Shown: positions 46,935-56,996, counted from the stretch's first letter. The stretch: 64,000 nt of DNA from Bacteroidales bacterium (GCA_017618715.1 JAFZTS010000032.1:19111-83110), one strand, 5' to 3'. Notes: generated by a model not told the origin, from the sequence alone. Numbers and translations: made by a program.

Positions 46935-48881
46935 TTAAGCGTCAATCTCGGCGTATGTAGCGTTCTGCTCAATGAAATCACGACGTGGAGCCACCTCTTC
47001 ACCCATAAGGAGCGAGAAGGTCTGATCAGCCTGAATGGCATCTTCAATATTGACCTGCTTCAAGCGACGACGAGCAGGATCCATGGTGGTATCCCACAGC
47101 TGTTCGGCATTCATCTCACCGAGACCCTTGTATCGCTGGATCTTGACCTTGTCTTCCTTGCCCTGACCATAGTTCTGGAGGAAGGCATCACGCTCGCTAT
47201 CGTCCCAACAATACTCATCGTACTTGCCGATGGTGCAACGATAAAGGGGTGCCTGTGCGATATATACATATCCACCATCGATGAGCGGACGCATATAACG
47301 GAAGAAAAGGGTAAGGATGAGGGTTGCGATATGGGCACCATCGACATCGGCATCGGTCATGATGATGACCTTGTGGTAACGGAGGTTGTCAATGTCGAGA
47401 GTCTTGTCCTCGCGGAGGTTTACGCGGAAGGCGCGGAACATGTTCTGTATCGCCTCCGAATCGAGCATCTTGTGGATAAGCACCTTCTCGACGTTCAGGA
47501 TCTTGCCACGCAGGGGAAGAATGGCCTGATACAAGCGGTTGCGTCCCGACTTGGCCGTGCCGCCTGCCGAGTCACCCTCGACGATGAAGATCTCGCACTC
47601 CTCGGGGTTCTTGCTTGAGCAGTCCGACAACTTGCCGGGGAGACCGCCACCTGTAAGCTTGGACTTCTTCTGCACGTTCTCACGAGCCTGACGGGCTGCT
47701 ATACGGGCCTGTGCTGCAAGGACGACCTTCTCGATGATGATATGAGCCTGCTCGGGATGTTCCTCAAGGTAATTGTCCATCGCCTTGCGGACAGCCTTCT
47801 GTACGGCAGGTCGCACCTCCACATTACCCAACTTCGTCTTGGTCTGGCCTTCGAATTGAGGTTCAGCGACCTTGACGCTGACAACGGCTGTAAGTCCTTC
47901 CTTGAAGTCCTCGGCCTTGATGTCGTTGGCGAGCTTGGCCTTCTCAAACATCTTCCCTCTGGTTCCGTATTCCTTCAAGGCGCCACCCAAGGCAGCGCGG
48001 AAGCCATCGAGGTGTGTACCACCCTCGTAGGTGTTAATGTTATTGACAAAGCTGTGGATGGTCTCTGAATAGCCGGTGTTGTAGGTCAGTGCCACTTCGA
48101 CAGGGACACTGTCGCTTTCGGTAATGAGGTGGATGATATCAGGGATAAGGGGTGTGCGGCTCTCGTCCATCCACTTCACGAATTCCTTCAGTCCTTCGGT
48201 GCTGTAGAACATCTGATATCGAGGCTTGCCATCGGCCTGTAAGGCCTCAGCACGCAAATCGGTCAGCGAGAGGCGGATGCCCGTATTCAGGTAGCAAAGG
48301 TCACGCAGACGCTCAGCAAGGCGATCCCACTCGAATTCCGTTTCAGTAAAGATGGAATCATCCGGATGGAAAGTGATAGTAGTTCCCGTGTTATCAGCAT
48401 CGCCAATGACTTCGACTCCAGTGACTGGCTTTCCGAAAGCATACTCCTGGCGATAGATATGGCCCTGGCGATGAACCTCGGCAACAAATTTGTCCGACAA
48501 TGCATTGACGCAGCTCACACCCACGCCATGCAGACCACCGGAAACCTTGTAAGTATTCTTGTCGAACTTACCGCCAGCATGCAGCACGGTCATCACGACC
48601 TCGAGAGCCGAACGCTGCTCCTTCTGATGCATGTCCACAGGAATGCCTCGCCCGTCATCGACCACCTTGATGGAGTTTCCCGGGAGGATATATACCTCGA
48701 TATTGTGGCAATAGCCGGCAAGAGCCTCATCGATACAGTTATCGACAACCTCGCTCACGAGGTGATGCAAACCCTTCACACTGGTATCGCCAATATACAT
48801 GGCCGGGCGCTTACGTACGGCTTCAAGACCCTCAAGGACCTGAATATGACTGGCGTCGTAGTTGTTCTCAATCTGTGACAT
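46935..48881 (-). CDS. gyrB: DNA gyrase subunit B
   Basis: 648-aa ORF. It has the GHKL ATPase (LEAVRKRPAMYIG, YKVSGGLHGVGVSCVNALS), Toprim (EGDSAGG, PLRGKILNVEK) and a GyrB-type tail. Gyrase versus Topo IV ParE was judged from these motifs only. Confidence 0.85.
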   Translation of the reverse strand: MSQIENNYDASHIQVLEGLEAVRKRPAMYIGDTSVKGLHHLVSEVVDNCIDEALAGYCHNIEVYILPGNSIKVVDDGRGIPVDMHQKEQRSALEVVMTVLHAGGKFDKNTYKVSGGLHGVGVSCVNALSDKFVAEVHRQGHIYRQEYAFGKPVTGVEVIGDADNTGTTITFHPDDSIFTETEFEWDRLAERLRDLCYLNTGIRLSLTDLRAEALQADGKPRYQMFYSTEGLKEFVKWMDESRTPLIPDIIHLITESDSVPVEVALTYNTGYSETIHSFVNNINTYEGGTHLDGFRAALGGALKEYGTRGKMFEKAKLANDIKAEDFKEGLTAVVSVKVAEPQFEGQTKTKLGNVEVRPAVQKAVRKAMDNYLEEHPEQAHIIIEKVVLAAQARIAARQARENVQKKSKLTGGGLPGKLSDCSSKNPEECEIFIVEGDSAGGTAKSGRNRLYQAILPLRGKILNVEKVLIHKMLDSEAIQNMFRAFRVNLREDKTLDIDNLRYHKVIIMTDADVDGAHIATLILTLFFRYMRPLIDGGYVYIAQAPLYRCTIGKYDEYCWDDSERDAFLQNYGQGKEDKVKIQRYKGLGEMNAEQLWDTTMDPARRRLKQVNIEDAIQADQTFSLLMGEEVAPRRDFIEQNATYAEIDA

Positions 48882-49028
48882 GGTAAATTTATGTGTTTTT
48901 GTAGTTTTCTCCTGATTATTCAGAAGAAGTCTTACACGTGCGTACGCGCGCGTAATATAATAATGTCCGCAAGGTCCAATATGGGCACACTACGGGCATT
49001 ATCGAGGTCTGATGACCCCAATTCAAGC

Positions 49029-49280
49029 TTAAAGCTTGTTGACGTACTTGGCGAGCTTGGACTTGAGGTTACCAGCCTTGTTAGCGTGGATAACGTTCTT
49101 CTTAGCCAGCTTGTCGAGCATTGCAGACACCTTTGGGAGTGCTGCCGTTGCCTCTGCCTTATCGGTAGTGGCGCGGAGCTTGCGAACGGCGTTACGAGCA
49201 GTCTTGGCATAGTAACGGTTTGCGGTGTTGCGGGTGATGGTCTGCTTAATGCGCTTCTTTGATGACTTATGATTTGCCAT
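49029..49280 (-). CDS. rpsT: 30S ribosomal protein S20
   Basis: 83-aa basic ORF beginning [13 protein letters not shown]... Confidence 0.92.
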   Translation of the reverse strand: MANHKSSKKRIKQTITRNTANRYYAKTARNAVRKLRATTDKAEATAALPKVSAMLDKLAKKNVIHANKAGNLKSKLAKYVNKL

Positions 49281-49516
49281 TGTTTTGTAATTGTTTTTGC
49301 GGCATTGGAGTTACAAGCGGCCGCGTTTTGATTGTTGATTTTTTATATGTGAATTGCCTTCCCCTTCTCCTCCAATGTCTTCGTCATAACGAAAAACCCA
49401 TAGAACTCTCCAGCCAAGCACCGCCATGTCGCTCCCGCTGGTATTGCCCGATCACGAAGCCGGGACTTTTCGTGCACCTCTGTGCACTTTTTGAAGGAAA
49501 AGCTCAAAAGCGGGTG

Positions 49517-49524
49517 CAAAGGTA
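49517..49524 (-). promoter_or_regulatory. -7 promoter box (TACCTTTG on minus strand), candidate rpsT promoter
   Basis: CAAAGGTA on the + strand. It is the only TAnnTTTG match upstream of rpsT, implying a ~230-nt leader. Confidence 0.45.
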
Positions 49525-49598
49525 GTTAAATTTTCTCATATATACAAACTTTTTTGAAGAAAAATGGAATAAATCTTTGTTTTTAAATCAAAACACGC

Positions 49599-49606
49599 TA
49601 TATTTG
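49599..49606 (+). promoter_or_regulatory. -7 promoter box TATATTTG for recO
   Basis: Exact TAnnTTTG 53 nt upstream of ATG 49659. Confidence 0.55.
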
Positions 49607-49658
49607 CACACAAATTTGGCAATCGAGATTAACAAACTTTGCATCAAGCACTCCGATA

Positions 49659-50399
49659 ATGGCATCTGAAACCGATAAGACACAAGCCATTGTACTCGGC
49701 ACAGTACCCATCAACGACCATTCGCAATTCGTGCACCTCTACACGGAAGGATTTGGTCGAATGACGTGCCGCATCCCTTTGTATTCAAAAGGGAAACGAG
49801 CCAATCAACTGCGCACGATGATGACTCCCATGACGGTGCTCGACCTGGTGCTCAAGGGACATCCTTCGCAGGAGATACGGCAAATCGGGGAAGCACGAAT
49901 CGTTCAATCTCCCTACATGCTCACCTTGAGTCATCCCGACAAATCGGCACAATGTCTCTACATGGCCGAAATCATCGCGCACACGGTACGTGAAGAAGAA
50001 GCCAATCCCCAACTTTGGGAGTATTTCATGAGCAGTTTGGAAATCCTCGAACAATGTGAAGCGGGATGGGCCAACTTTCACCTCGTCTTCACCTGCGGCT
50101 TGATCAGCCAGCTCGGATTCAGCGTCGATACAGGCAAGTACGTGCAGGGATGCCGTTTCGACCTCGTCGAAGGCATCTTCACCATGAACAATATCGTCCA
50201 TCCATATTACCTGAACGAGGAATCCTCGCGATGGTTCTGCAAACTCTTCGACACGCGTTTCGATGCCCTTGACCAGCTCGTGTTGAACCGTGCAGGACGT
50301 TCTTACCTGCTCGATACCCTGCTGACTTTCTTGGGTCAACACATCCCCGAAATGGGGCATCTGAAAAGTGTGGATGTGCTCAAAACCCTTTTTGAATAA
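49659..50399 (+). CDS. recO: DNA repair protein RecO
   Basis: 246-aa ORF with an OB-fold N-terminus (KTQAIVLGTVPINDHSQFVHLYTEGFGR) and a helical C-domain. The length and layout fit RecO. Confidence 0.75.
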   Translation: MASETDKTQAIVLGTVPINDHSQFVHLYTEGFGRMTCRIPLYSKGKRANQLRTMMTPMTVLDLVLKGHPSQEIRQIGEARIVQSPYMLTLSHPDKSAQCLYMAEIIAHTVREEEANPQLWEYFMSSLEILEQCEAGWANFHLVFTCGLISQLGFSVDTGKYVQGCRFDLVEGIFTMNNIVHPYYLNEESSRWFCKLFDTRFDALDQLVLNRAGRSYLLDTLLTFLGQHIPEMGHLKSVDVLKTLFE

Positions 50400-50439
50400 A
50401 TTTTTTGCTTCTTCTCTTGACAATCTCAGAATAAATATG

Positions 50440-50447
50440 TATCTTTG
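50440..50447 (+). promoter_or_regulatory. -7 promoter box TATCTTTG
   Basis: Exact TAnnTTTG 33 nt upstream of ATG 50480. Confidence 0.6.
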
Positions 50448-50479
50448 CGCCAAAATAAACAGAATAATTCTCTACCACT

Positions 50480-52063
50480 ATGCATAAGCTTCTCAGTTTC
50501 CTTTTCGCATGCTCCATCTTCTTCAGCGCATGCTCCATCGGCCATCAGAATTCAGATGCGCCCGTCATCACGATTATTCATACCAACGATACCCACTCAC
50601 AGATTGAGCCGGGCAAGACTCGCCAAGGTGCTCTGCTGGGCGGCGTTGTGGAACGTGCAGCCATGCTTCAATACCAGCGTCAGCAGGACCCCGACCTCCT
50701 CTATTTTGATGCCGGAGATATGTTCCAAGGCTCACCCTACTTCAATATCTTCAAAGGCGAACTCGAGATACTGTGCATGAACCAGCAGAAACTCGTGGCC
50801 GGCACGTTGGGCAACCATGAGTTCGACAATGGTCTGGAATTCTTGAGCGAAATGCTGAAGAAAGCCGACTTCCCCCTGGTGAGCTGCAACTATCACTGTG
50901 AAGGCACTTCGCTCGAAAGCCTGATCCTGCCCCATCTCATCATCGAGCGTCATGGCGTGAAGATAGGCATCACCGGTGTCACCGTGTCGCCCGAAGGACT
51001 CATCGCCAACCGCAATTGGAAGGGTATCACCTTCGAAGATCCCCGCACTGCCGTCAATCGCGAAGCCGACTACCTGCGCAACGAGGGTTGCGATCTCGTC
51101 ATCGTGCTGAGCCATCTGGGCTATCTTCCCGAACCCGAGCCCGACCGTACCAATGTTTATGACAATGACCTTGTTCCGGCCATCCATGGTGTCGATATCA
51201 TCATCGGCAGTCACACCCATTACAACATCGAGCAGGGTGTCTATTTCAACGATGCCGACGAACAGCCCGTGCTCGTCACACAGACTGGCGGAAAGATGTT
51301 GCCTATGGGTTATCTGAAGATCACCATGCAGAAAGGCAGCCGTTATCCGAAATGCAAATACAGCGTAGCAACCATCGAATGCAAGAAGCTCCATCCCGAC
51401 GACTTTGACCTCAGCGCATACGGCAAGGAGATGCGCGATGCCATCAAGCCCTATCAAGAAGCGCTTGTCGATCAGATGAATGTGCGTCTGGGCACCGCCC
51501 CCGAGCCATTGGTCAAGGGCAAGCCGCAAAGCACCCTGGGCAACTTCGTAGCCGATGCCTACATACAGATAGGTCAGAAGAAGACCGGCAAGAAGGTGGA
51601 CTTCGCCATCGCCAACCTCGGAGGATTGCGTTCCGAAATCGATGCCGGCGACGTGACCATCGGCACGATGTTCAACATCTTCCCCTTCGAGAACAAGATT
51701 GTAGTTCTCGGCCTCAAGGGCAGCGACTTGAAACAGCTCATCGAGAGCAACGCAGGCCGTAAGCTCGATGCCACGGGTGGCGCCGTCATCACACTCGAGA
51801 TGGATGGCGACCGCTGCATTGCTTCCAGCATCCTGATTGACGGCAAGCCCATCAATCCCGACAAGATCTATTATGTCAGCACCCTCGACTTCCTCGCCGA
51901 AGGCAACAGCGGCATGTCTGCCCTGACCCGTGCTGTCGAAACCTACGATCCGAATATCTCGGCCCGTGACGCAATGATCGAATACGTCAAGGAGCTCGAT
52001 GCGGCCGGTAAGCCTGTCAGCGCCAAGATCGATGGTCGTGTCATTGACAAAACCAAACCATAA
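50480..52063 (+). CDS. bifunctional metallophosphatase/5'-nucleotidase lipoprotein (UshA-like)
   Basis: 527-aa ORF with a lipobox (FFSAC), metallophosphoesterase motifs HTNDTHS, GDMFQG and GNHEFD, and a C-terminal 5'-nucleotidase substrate-binding domain. Confidence 0.85.
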   Translation: MHKLLSFLFACSIFFSACSIGHQNSDAPVITIIHTNDTHSQIEPGKTRQGALLGGVVERAAMLQYQRQQDPDLLYFDAGDMFQGSPYFNIFKGELEILCMNQQKLVAGTLGNHEFDNGLEFLSEMLKKADFPLVSCNYHCEGTSLESLILPHLIIERHGVKIGITGVTVSPEGLIANRNWKGITFEDPRTAVNREADYLRNEGCDLVIVLSHLGYLPEPEPDRTNVYDNDLVPAIHGVDIIIGSHTHYNIEQGVYFNDADEQPVLVTQTGGKMLPMGYLKITMQKGSRYPKCKYSVATIECKKLHPDDFDLSAYGKEMRDAIKPYQEALVDQMNVRLGTAPEPLVKGKPQSTLGNFVADAYIQIGQKKTGKKVDFAIANLGGLRSEIDAGDVTIGTMFNIFPFENKIVVLGLKGSDLKQLIESNAGRKLDATGGAVITLEMDGDRCIASSILIDGKPINPDKIYYVSTLDFLAEGNSGMSALTRAVETYDPNISARDAMIEYVKELDAAGKPVSAKIDGRVIDKTKP

Positions 52064-52092
52064 TTTCTGAATATTGGTACCCAAGAAACTGT

Positions 52093-54660
52093 ATGTTCAA
52101 TCTTAATATTTTTGACTCTTTTTGCCATCGCCTCGCACGGCGATGGCTCATCCTTATTGGTTTATTATCCTTCTGCCCGACAACTACTGTCGGACAGGAG
52201 ATGCTTCGAAAAGTGGATCAGGAAAAGATGAAGGAGTGGGTTGATGAACAGATGGAGAAACTCACCCCGGAGCAACGTCTGGGTCAGCTCATCATGCCGA
52301 TCTACTATATGCCCGAGGCCACCACAGCCAATCTCAACAGCATCACCCGCGACATCCAGGAGTATTCGTTCGGCGGTGCCACGCTGAGCAAAGGTTCGAT
52401 GGCCACCCACGCCAAGCTCGTCAACCACATCCAAGAGGTGGCGCAAGAAGCCGGTTTGCCGAACCTGATGATCTGCATGGACGTCGAATGGGGTCTTGCC
52501 ATGCGTCTGAAGGATGCCATCAAGTATCCGCGAAATGGTGCCCTCGGGAAAATCAACGACGACGTGCGCGACACGCTTTGCTATATGTATGGCTTCGAAG
52601 TGGGACGACAGTGCCGCGAACTTGGCATTCAGGTGGACTTCGCTCCCGTGCTCGATGTGAACACCAATCCCAAGAATCCCGTCATCGGCACCCGATCGTT
52701 TGGCAATGATCCCGAACTCGTCAGCCTCGCTGCCACAAGCTTTGCGCACGGACTTGAGGATGCAGGTGTGCTGGCCGTTGGCAAGCACTTCCCCGGGCAT
52801 GGCGACACCCAGACCGATTCGCACAAGGATCTGCCGACGCTGAACCATTCCGTCAAGCGGCTCAACGAGGTGGAACTGCCGCCGTTCCAGCACTATATCA
52901 ACCAAGGCTTGGGCGGCATCATGACAGCTCATCTCGACGTCCCGGCCCTCGCCGAAAAGAAAGGAATGCCGGCCACTGTCAGCAAGCGCATCATCACCAA
53001 CATCCTGCGCAATACGATGCACTTCGAAGGACTGGTTTTTACCGACGGATTGGGCATGGTGGGAGCAAAATACAAGGATGTAAGCATCAATGCGCTCCTC
53101 GCCGGCAACGACATCCTGCTCCAACCCACACCCATGAAAACCCAAATGACAGCTCTCCGCAACGCTTTGAAGAAAGGCTACAAGGGCAACGGATACAAGC
53201 TCACGGCCCAGGAATTCCAACAGATAGTGGACGAGAAATGCCGGCGCGTGCTCGAATGGAAATATGCCTTGGGGCTCGACCAGCCGCAGATGGTCGAGGT
53301 AGAAGGTCTTGCCGAGCGTGTCAACACCGAATTCGCCATGCACTTGAAGGATGAACTCGAACGCATGAGCGGCAATCCCAAGCTCGACGAATACGATCCG
53401 ACATTGCAGAACCAGTTCAACGACATCGCCATCAGGGAGGCTGAGGACCTTGAGACAAAACCGGCAGTTGAAGAAGAGGTCCTGGAAAACTTTGTGCCGC
53501 CCGTTCCGCTTATCGCTTTGCCCACAGCCACACCTTCGCAGGTCGGCATGGACGCAGCCAAACTGGGAGAAGTCTCGCGCATCGCCAACGAGGCAGTCTC
53601 TTCCGGGGCAGTGCCGGGTTGCCAGATAATCGTGATGCGAAAGGGGCAAATTGTCTATGACCAGACGTTCGGACTGGTAGGCGGCACCAGGCAACAGAAC
53701 CCATACGCAGGACGTCTGGTCACTGCCGAAACCATGTACGACCTTGCTTCGGTCAGCAAAACCCTCGGCACTGTTCCTGCCGTGATGCTATTGCTTGACG
53801 ATCGCAAAATCCGACTGAGAGACCGCATCACCAAATGGTTGCCCGAACTCAAGGGCACGCATTATGCAAAAGTCACCATCCAAGACCTCCTCTACCACGA
53901 GTCAGGACTTGCGGCAAGCTACTCGTTCTACAAACTCACCGAAACTCCCGATTCGCTCTTCCGCTACAAGACCATGCTGCAGACCATAGCAACACTTCCG
54001 CCCAAGCGGAAACAAGGTCGTTTCCTCTATTCCGACCTCAGCTTTGTTTTGCTACGCTATATCATCGAGCGTCAGACCGGCGAGCGTCTCGACCATTTCC
54101 TCGAACATCGTCTGCCCGACTTCTACGGTCCCTGGCTCTGTTACAATCCATTGGAACACGGCGTTCATCGGGGAGCCATCGCCCCCACCGAACAGGACGA
54201 CAAGATCAGGCATCGCTTCATCCACGGCACCGTTCATGACGAGACGAGCGCCTGGGCCTCGGGTGTCGAGGGAAACGCAGGTCTCTTTGGCTCTGCCGAA
54301 GCCCTTGCCCCGCTGATTCAGATGATTTATAACGGAGGTGAACTCAACGGTAAGCGCTATCTGACAAAGGAGACCTGCCGATTGTTCACCACCCAACGTT
54401 CGTCCAACAGTCGCCGTGGTCTTGGATTCGACCGTCAGAGCCAGGAACACGACAATCCGAACCTTCCCGAGGAGTGCAGTCCCCAGACATGGGGTCACAC
54501 AGGATTCACAGGCACCTGTTTCTGGGTTGATCCGAAACGCGACCTGATCTATATCTTCCTGTCCAACAGAGTATGTCCTACACGCGAGAATGCGGTCTGG
54601 AACGATAGCCATGTACGACCACGCATCCAGCAAGCAATCTACGACGCACTAAAAAAATAA
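52093..54660 (+). CDS. fusion of GH3 beta-N-acetylhexosaminidase (NagZ-like) and serine beta-lactamase/PBP4*-like hydrolase
   Basis: 855-aa ORF. The N-terminal half has the GH3 motif KHFPGHGDT. The C-terminal half has the SxxK motif (ASVSKT) and the class C-like fold pattern. Confidence 0.8.
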   Translation: MFNLNIFDSFCHRLARRWLILIGLLSFCPTTTVGQEMLRKVDQEKMKEWVDEQMEKLTPEQRLGQLIMPIYYMPEATTANLNSITRDIQEYSFGGATLSKGSMATHAKLVNHIQEVAQEAGLPNLMICMDVEWGLAMRLKDAIKYPRNGALGKINDDVRDTLCYMYGFEVGRQCRELGIQVDFAPVLDVNTNPKNPVIGTRSFGNDPELVSLAATSFAHGLEDAGVLAVGKHFPGHGDTQTDSHKDLPTLNHSVKRLNEVELPPFQHYINQGLGGIMTAHLDVPALAEKKGMPATVSKRIITNILRNTMHFEGLVFTDGLGMVGAKYKDVSINALLAGNDILLQPTPMKTQMTALRNALKKGYKGNGYKLTAQEFQQIVDEKCRRVLEWKYALGLDQPQMVEVEGLAERVNTEFAMHLKDELERMSGNPKLDEYDPTLQNQFNDIAIREAEDLETKPAVEEEVLENFVPPVPLIALPTATPSQVGMDAAKLGEVSRIANEAVSSGAVPGCQIIVMRKGQIVYDQTFGLVGGTRQQNPYAGRLVTAETMYDLASVSKTLGTVPAVMLLLDDRKIRLRDRITKWLPELKGTHYAKVTIQDLLYHESGLAASYSFYKLTETPDSLFRYKTMLQTIATLPPKRKQGRFLYSDLSFVLLRYIIERQTGERLDHFLEHRLPDFYGPWLCYNPLEHGVHRGAIAPTEQDDKIRHRFIHGTVHDETSAWASGVEGNAGLFGSAEALAPLIQMIYNGGELNGKRYLTKETCRLFTTQRSSNSRRGLGFDRQSQEHDNPNLPEECSPQTWGHTGFTGTCFWVDPKRDLIYIFLSNRVCPTRENAVWNDSHVRPRIQQAIYDALKK

Positions 54661-54751
54661 GTAGAGAAAGCAAAATAGAGAAAAAAGCCGCGAAAAGCTT
54701 AGGAATTATCCGTTTTTCGCTGTTTTTCTTGTATTTTCCTCTTTGATTGAT

Positions 54752-54759
54752 TAACTTTG
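54752..54759 (+). promoter_or_regulatory. -7 promoter box TAACTTTG for the decarboxylase operon
   Basis: Exact TAnnTTTG 54 nt upstream of 54813. Confidence 0.55.
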
Positions 54760-54812
54760 CACACTGAGATTATACCAGCGTTTTCAAAACATATTCAAAC
54801 AATATTTTCTAT

Positions 54813-55079
54813 ATGGAAGGATTACAGCCAATGGAAACCGCCCTACTGCTAATGATTGTCGGTATGGGCACTGTGTTCATTATTCTGTTCCTTATCATCA
54901 CCCTGTCCAGGCTGATGATCAAGGCCGTCAACAAGTTCGCTCCTGAAGAAGAGACAGCGCCCAAGCGTGCTGCGACTCCTGCTCCAGCAGCCGTTCCTGC
55001 TAACATTGAGGCCGCCATCAAGGCCGCCATTGCCCAAGTGGCTCCTAAAGCAATGGTTACAAAGATTACAAAGGGCTAA
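54813..55079 (+). CDS. OadG-family decarboxylase gamma subunit
   Basis: 88-aa ORF with one TM helix (ALLLMIVGMGTVFIILFLII) followed by an Ala/Pro-rich tail. The start could instead be the ATG at 54831. Confidence 0.7.
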   Translation: MEGLQPMETALLLMIVGMGTVFIILFLIITLSRLMIKAVNKFAPEEETAPKRAATPAPAAVPANIEAAIKAAIAQVAPKAMVTKITKG

Positions 55080-55119
55080 TTAAAAACTTCTAAAAAGAAA
55101 TCGCATTTACTAAAAAATT

Positions 55120-56958
55120 ATGGCAAAAGAAGTTAAGTTTTCGCTTGTCTTTCGTGACATGTGGCAGAGTGCTGGCAAGTACCAGCCTCGCGTTGACCAG
55201 CTCGTTAAGGTAGCCCCCAAAATCATTGAAATGGGCTGCTGGGACCGTGTAGAGACCAATGGTGGTGGTTTCGAGCAAGTGAACCTTCTCTATGGTGAGA
55301 ATCCCAACAAGTCGGTTCGCGAATGGACCAAGCCTTTCCATGAGGCTGGCATCCAGACCCACATGCTCGATCGCGCGCTCAATGCCCTCCGCATGTTCCC
55401 ATGTGCGAAGGACCTTCGCAAATTGTTCTACGTCGTCAAGAAGAAGCAGGGAACCGACATCACCCGCATCTTCTGCGGCTTGAACGACCCACGCAACGTC
55501 ATCCCATCTATCGGATATGCCAAGGAGGCAGGTATGATTGCTCAGGCTGCTCTCTGCATCACCTTCTCGCCCATCCATACCGTCGAATACTATGTCAACC
55601 TCGCCAAGAAGTTCATCGAGGCAGGCGCCGACGAGATCTGTCTGAAGGACATGGCCGGCATCGGTCGTCCCGATAGCCTCGGCAAGATTGTAGCTGGCAT
55701 CAAGGCATATAAGAAGGACATCGTCATCCAGTACCACTCGCACGCAGGCCCTGGCTTCAACACCGCCTCTATCCTTGAGGTATGCAAGGCCGGTTGCGAC
55801 TACATCGACTGTGGCATGTCGCCCCTCGCTTGGGGCACTGGCCACGCCGACATCATCACCGTGCAGGAGATGCTCAATGACGCTGGCTTCAAGGTGAAGG
55901 ACATCAACATGAAGGCTTACATGGAAGTTCGCACACAGATCAAGGAGATGATGGACGACTTCCTCGGCTACTATATCCCACCGCTCAATCACCTCAACAA
56001 CTCGCTACTCGTCAAGCCCGGTCTCCCCGGCGGCATGATGGGTTCGCTGATGACCGACCTTGAGGAGAACCTCGAAGGCCTCAACCGCTGGAAGGAGAAG
56101 AACAACCAGCCCAAGCTCTCGACCGACGACCTGCTCATCAAGCTGTTCGACGAGGTGGCTTATGTTTGGCCACGCGTGGGTTATCCCTGTCTCGTCACCC
56201 CATTCAGCCAGTATGTCAAGAACCTCTCGCTCATGAATGTCATGCAGATGGAGAAGGGCAAGGAGCGTTGGAGCCTCATCGCCGACAACATCTGGGATAT
56301 GATTCTCGGCAAGTCGGGCCAGCTCCCCGGCCCCGTGGCTCCCGAACTCGTAGAGCTTGCCAAGAGCCAGGGTCGAAAGTTCGAGACCGAAGACCCGCAG
56401 ACCTATGCTCCCGACTGCCTCGACGAATTCCGTGCCAAGATGAAGGCCAACGGCTGGGAACTTGGTCAGGACGACGAGGAGCTCTTCGAGTATGCTATGC
56501 ACCCATCGCAGTACGAAGCCTACAAGAGCGGCAAGGCAAAGGCCGACTTCGAGGAAGACCTTGCCAAGCGTAAGGCTGCCAAGAATGCTCCTAAGGGTGA
56601 GATCAAGGCACAGGATCTCAAGGTTACCGTCAATGGTGAGGTTTACACCGTGAGCATTGCGCCCAACGACGGCTCTGCTCCTGCCGGTGCTCCCGCCGCT
56701 GGTGCAGCTCCCGTTGCTGCCGGCGAAGGTGCCGATGTCCTCGCTCCTCTTGAGGGCAAGTTCTTCCTTGTAAAGAACGCCAACGAGGCTCCTGTCAAGG
56801 TGGGCGACATGGTGAAGAAGGGTCAGACCATCGGCTACATTGAGGCCATGAAGACCTACAATGCCGTAGCTGCCGACTGCGATGGCCAAATCACCGCCAT
56901 CCTTGTCAATCCCGGCGACAAGGTTTTCGAGGACGACCCGATCTTCAAGATCAAGTGA
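55120..56958 (+). CDS. oxaloacetate decarboxylase alpha subunit-like carboxyltransferase with C-terminal biotinyl domain
   Basis: 612-aa ORF with a TIM-barrel carboxyltransferase (5S) domain, an Ala/Pro linker and the biotin attachment context IEAMKT. Confidence 0.85.
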   Translation: MAKEVKFSLVFRDMWQSAGKYQPRVDQLVKVAPKIIEMGCWDRVETNGGGFEQVNLLYGENPNKSVREWTKPFHEAGIQTHMLDRALNALRMFPCAKDLRKLFYVVKKKQGTDITRIFCGLNDPRNVIPSIGYAKEAGMIAQAALCITFSPIHTVEYYVNLAKKFIEAGADEICLKDMAGIGRPDSLGKIVAGIKAYKKDIVIQYHSHAGPGFNTASILEVCKAGCDYIDCGMSPLAWGTGHADIITVQEMLNDAGFKVKDINMKAYMEVRTQIKEMMDDFLGYYIPPLNHLNNSLLVKPGLPGGMMGSLMTDLEENLEGLNRWKEKNNQPKLSTDDLLIKLFDEVAYVWPRVGYPCLVTPFSQYVKNLSLMNVMQMEKGKERWSLIADNIWDMILGKSGQLPGPVAPELVELAKSQGRKFETEDPQTYAPDCLDEFRAKMKANGWELGQDDEELFEYAMHPSQYEAYKSGKAKADFEEDLAKRKAAKNAPKGEIKAQDLKVTVNGEVYTVSIAPNDGSAPAGAPAAGAAPVAAGEGADVLAPLEGKFFLVKNANEAPVKVGDMVKKGQTIGYIEAMKTYNAVAADCDGQITAILVNPGDKVFEDDPIFKIK

Positions 56959-56996
56959 TCCCCATCCAATTGTTAATTGTTAATTGTTAATTGATA

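Noticed and set aside
49430-49455. TPP-riboswitch-like string (GUGAUCGGGCAAUACCAGCGGGAGCG on the minus strand) in the rpsT leader
   Set aside because: The resemblance is limited to the UGAUC...AAU.CCAGCG segment. The CUGG/CCAG P5 pairing is broken, the invariant CUGAGA and GGGG/ACCC elements are absent, and the downstream gene is not thiamine-related.
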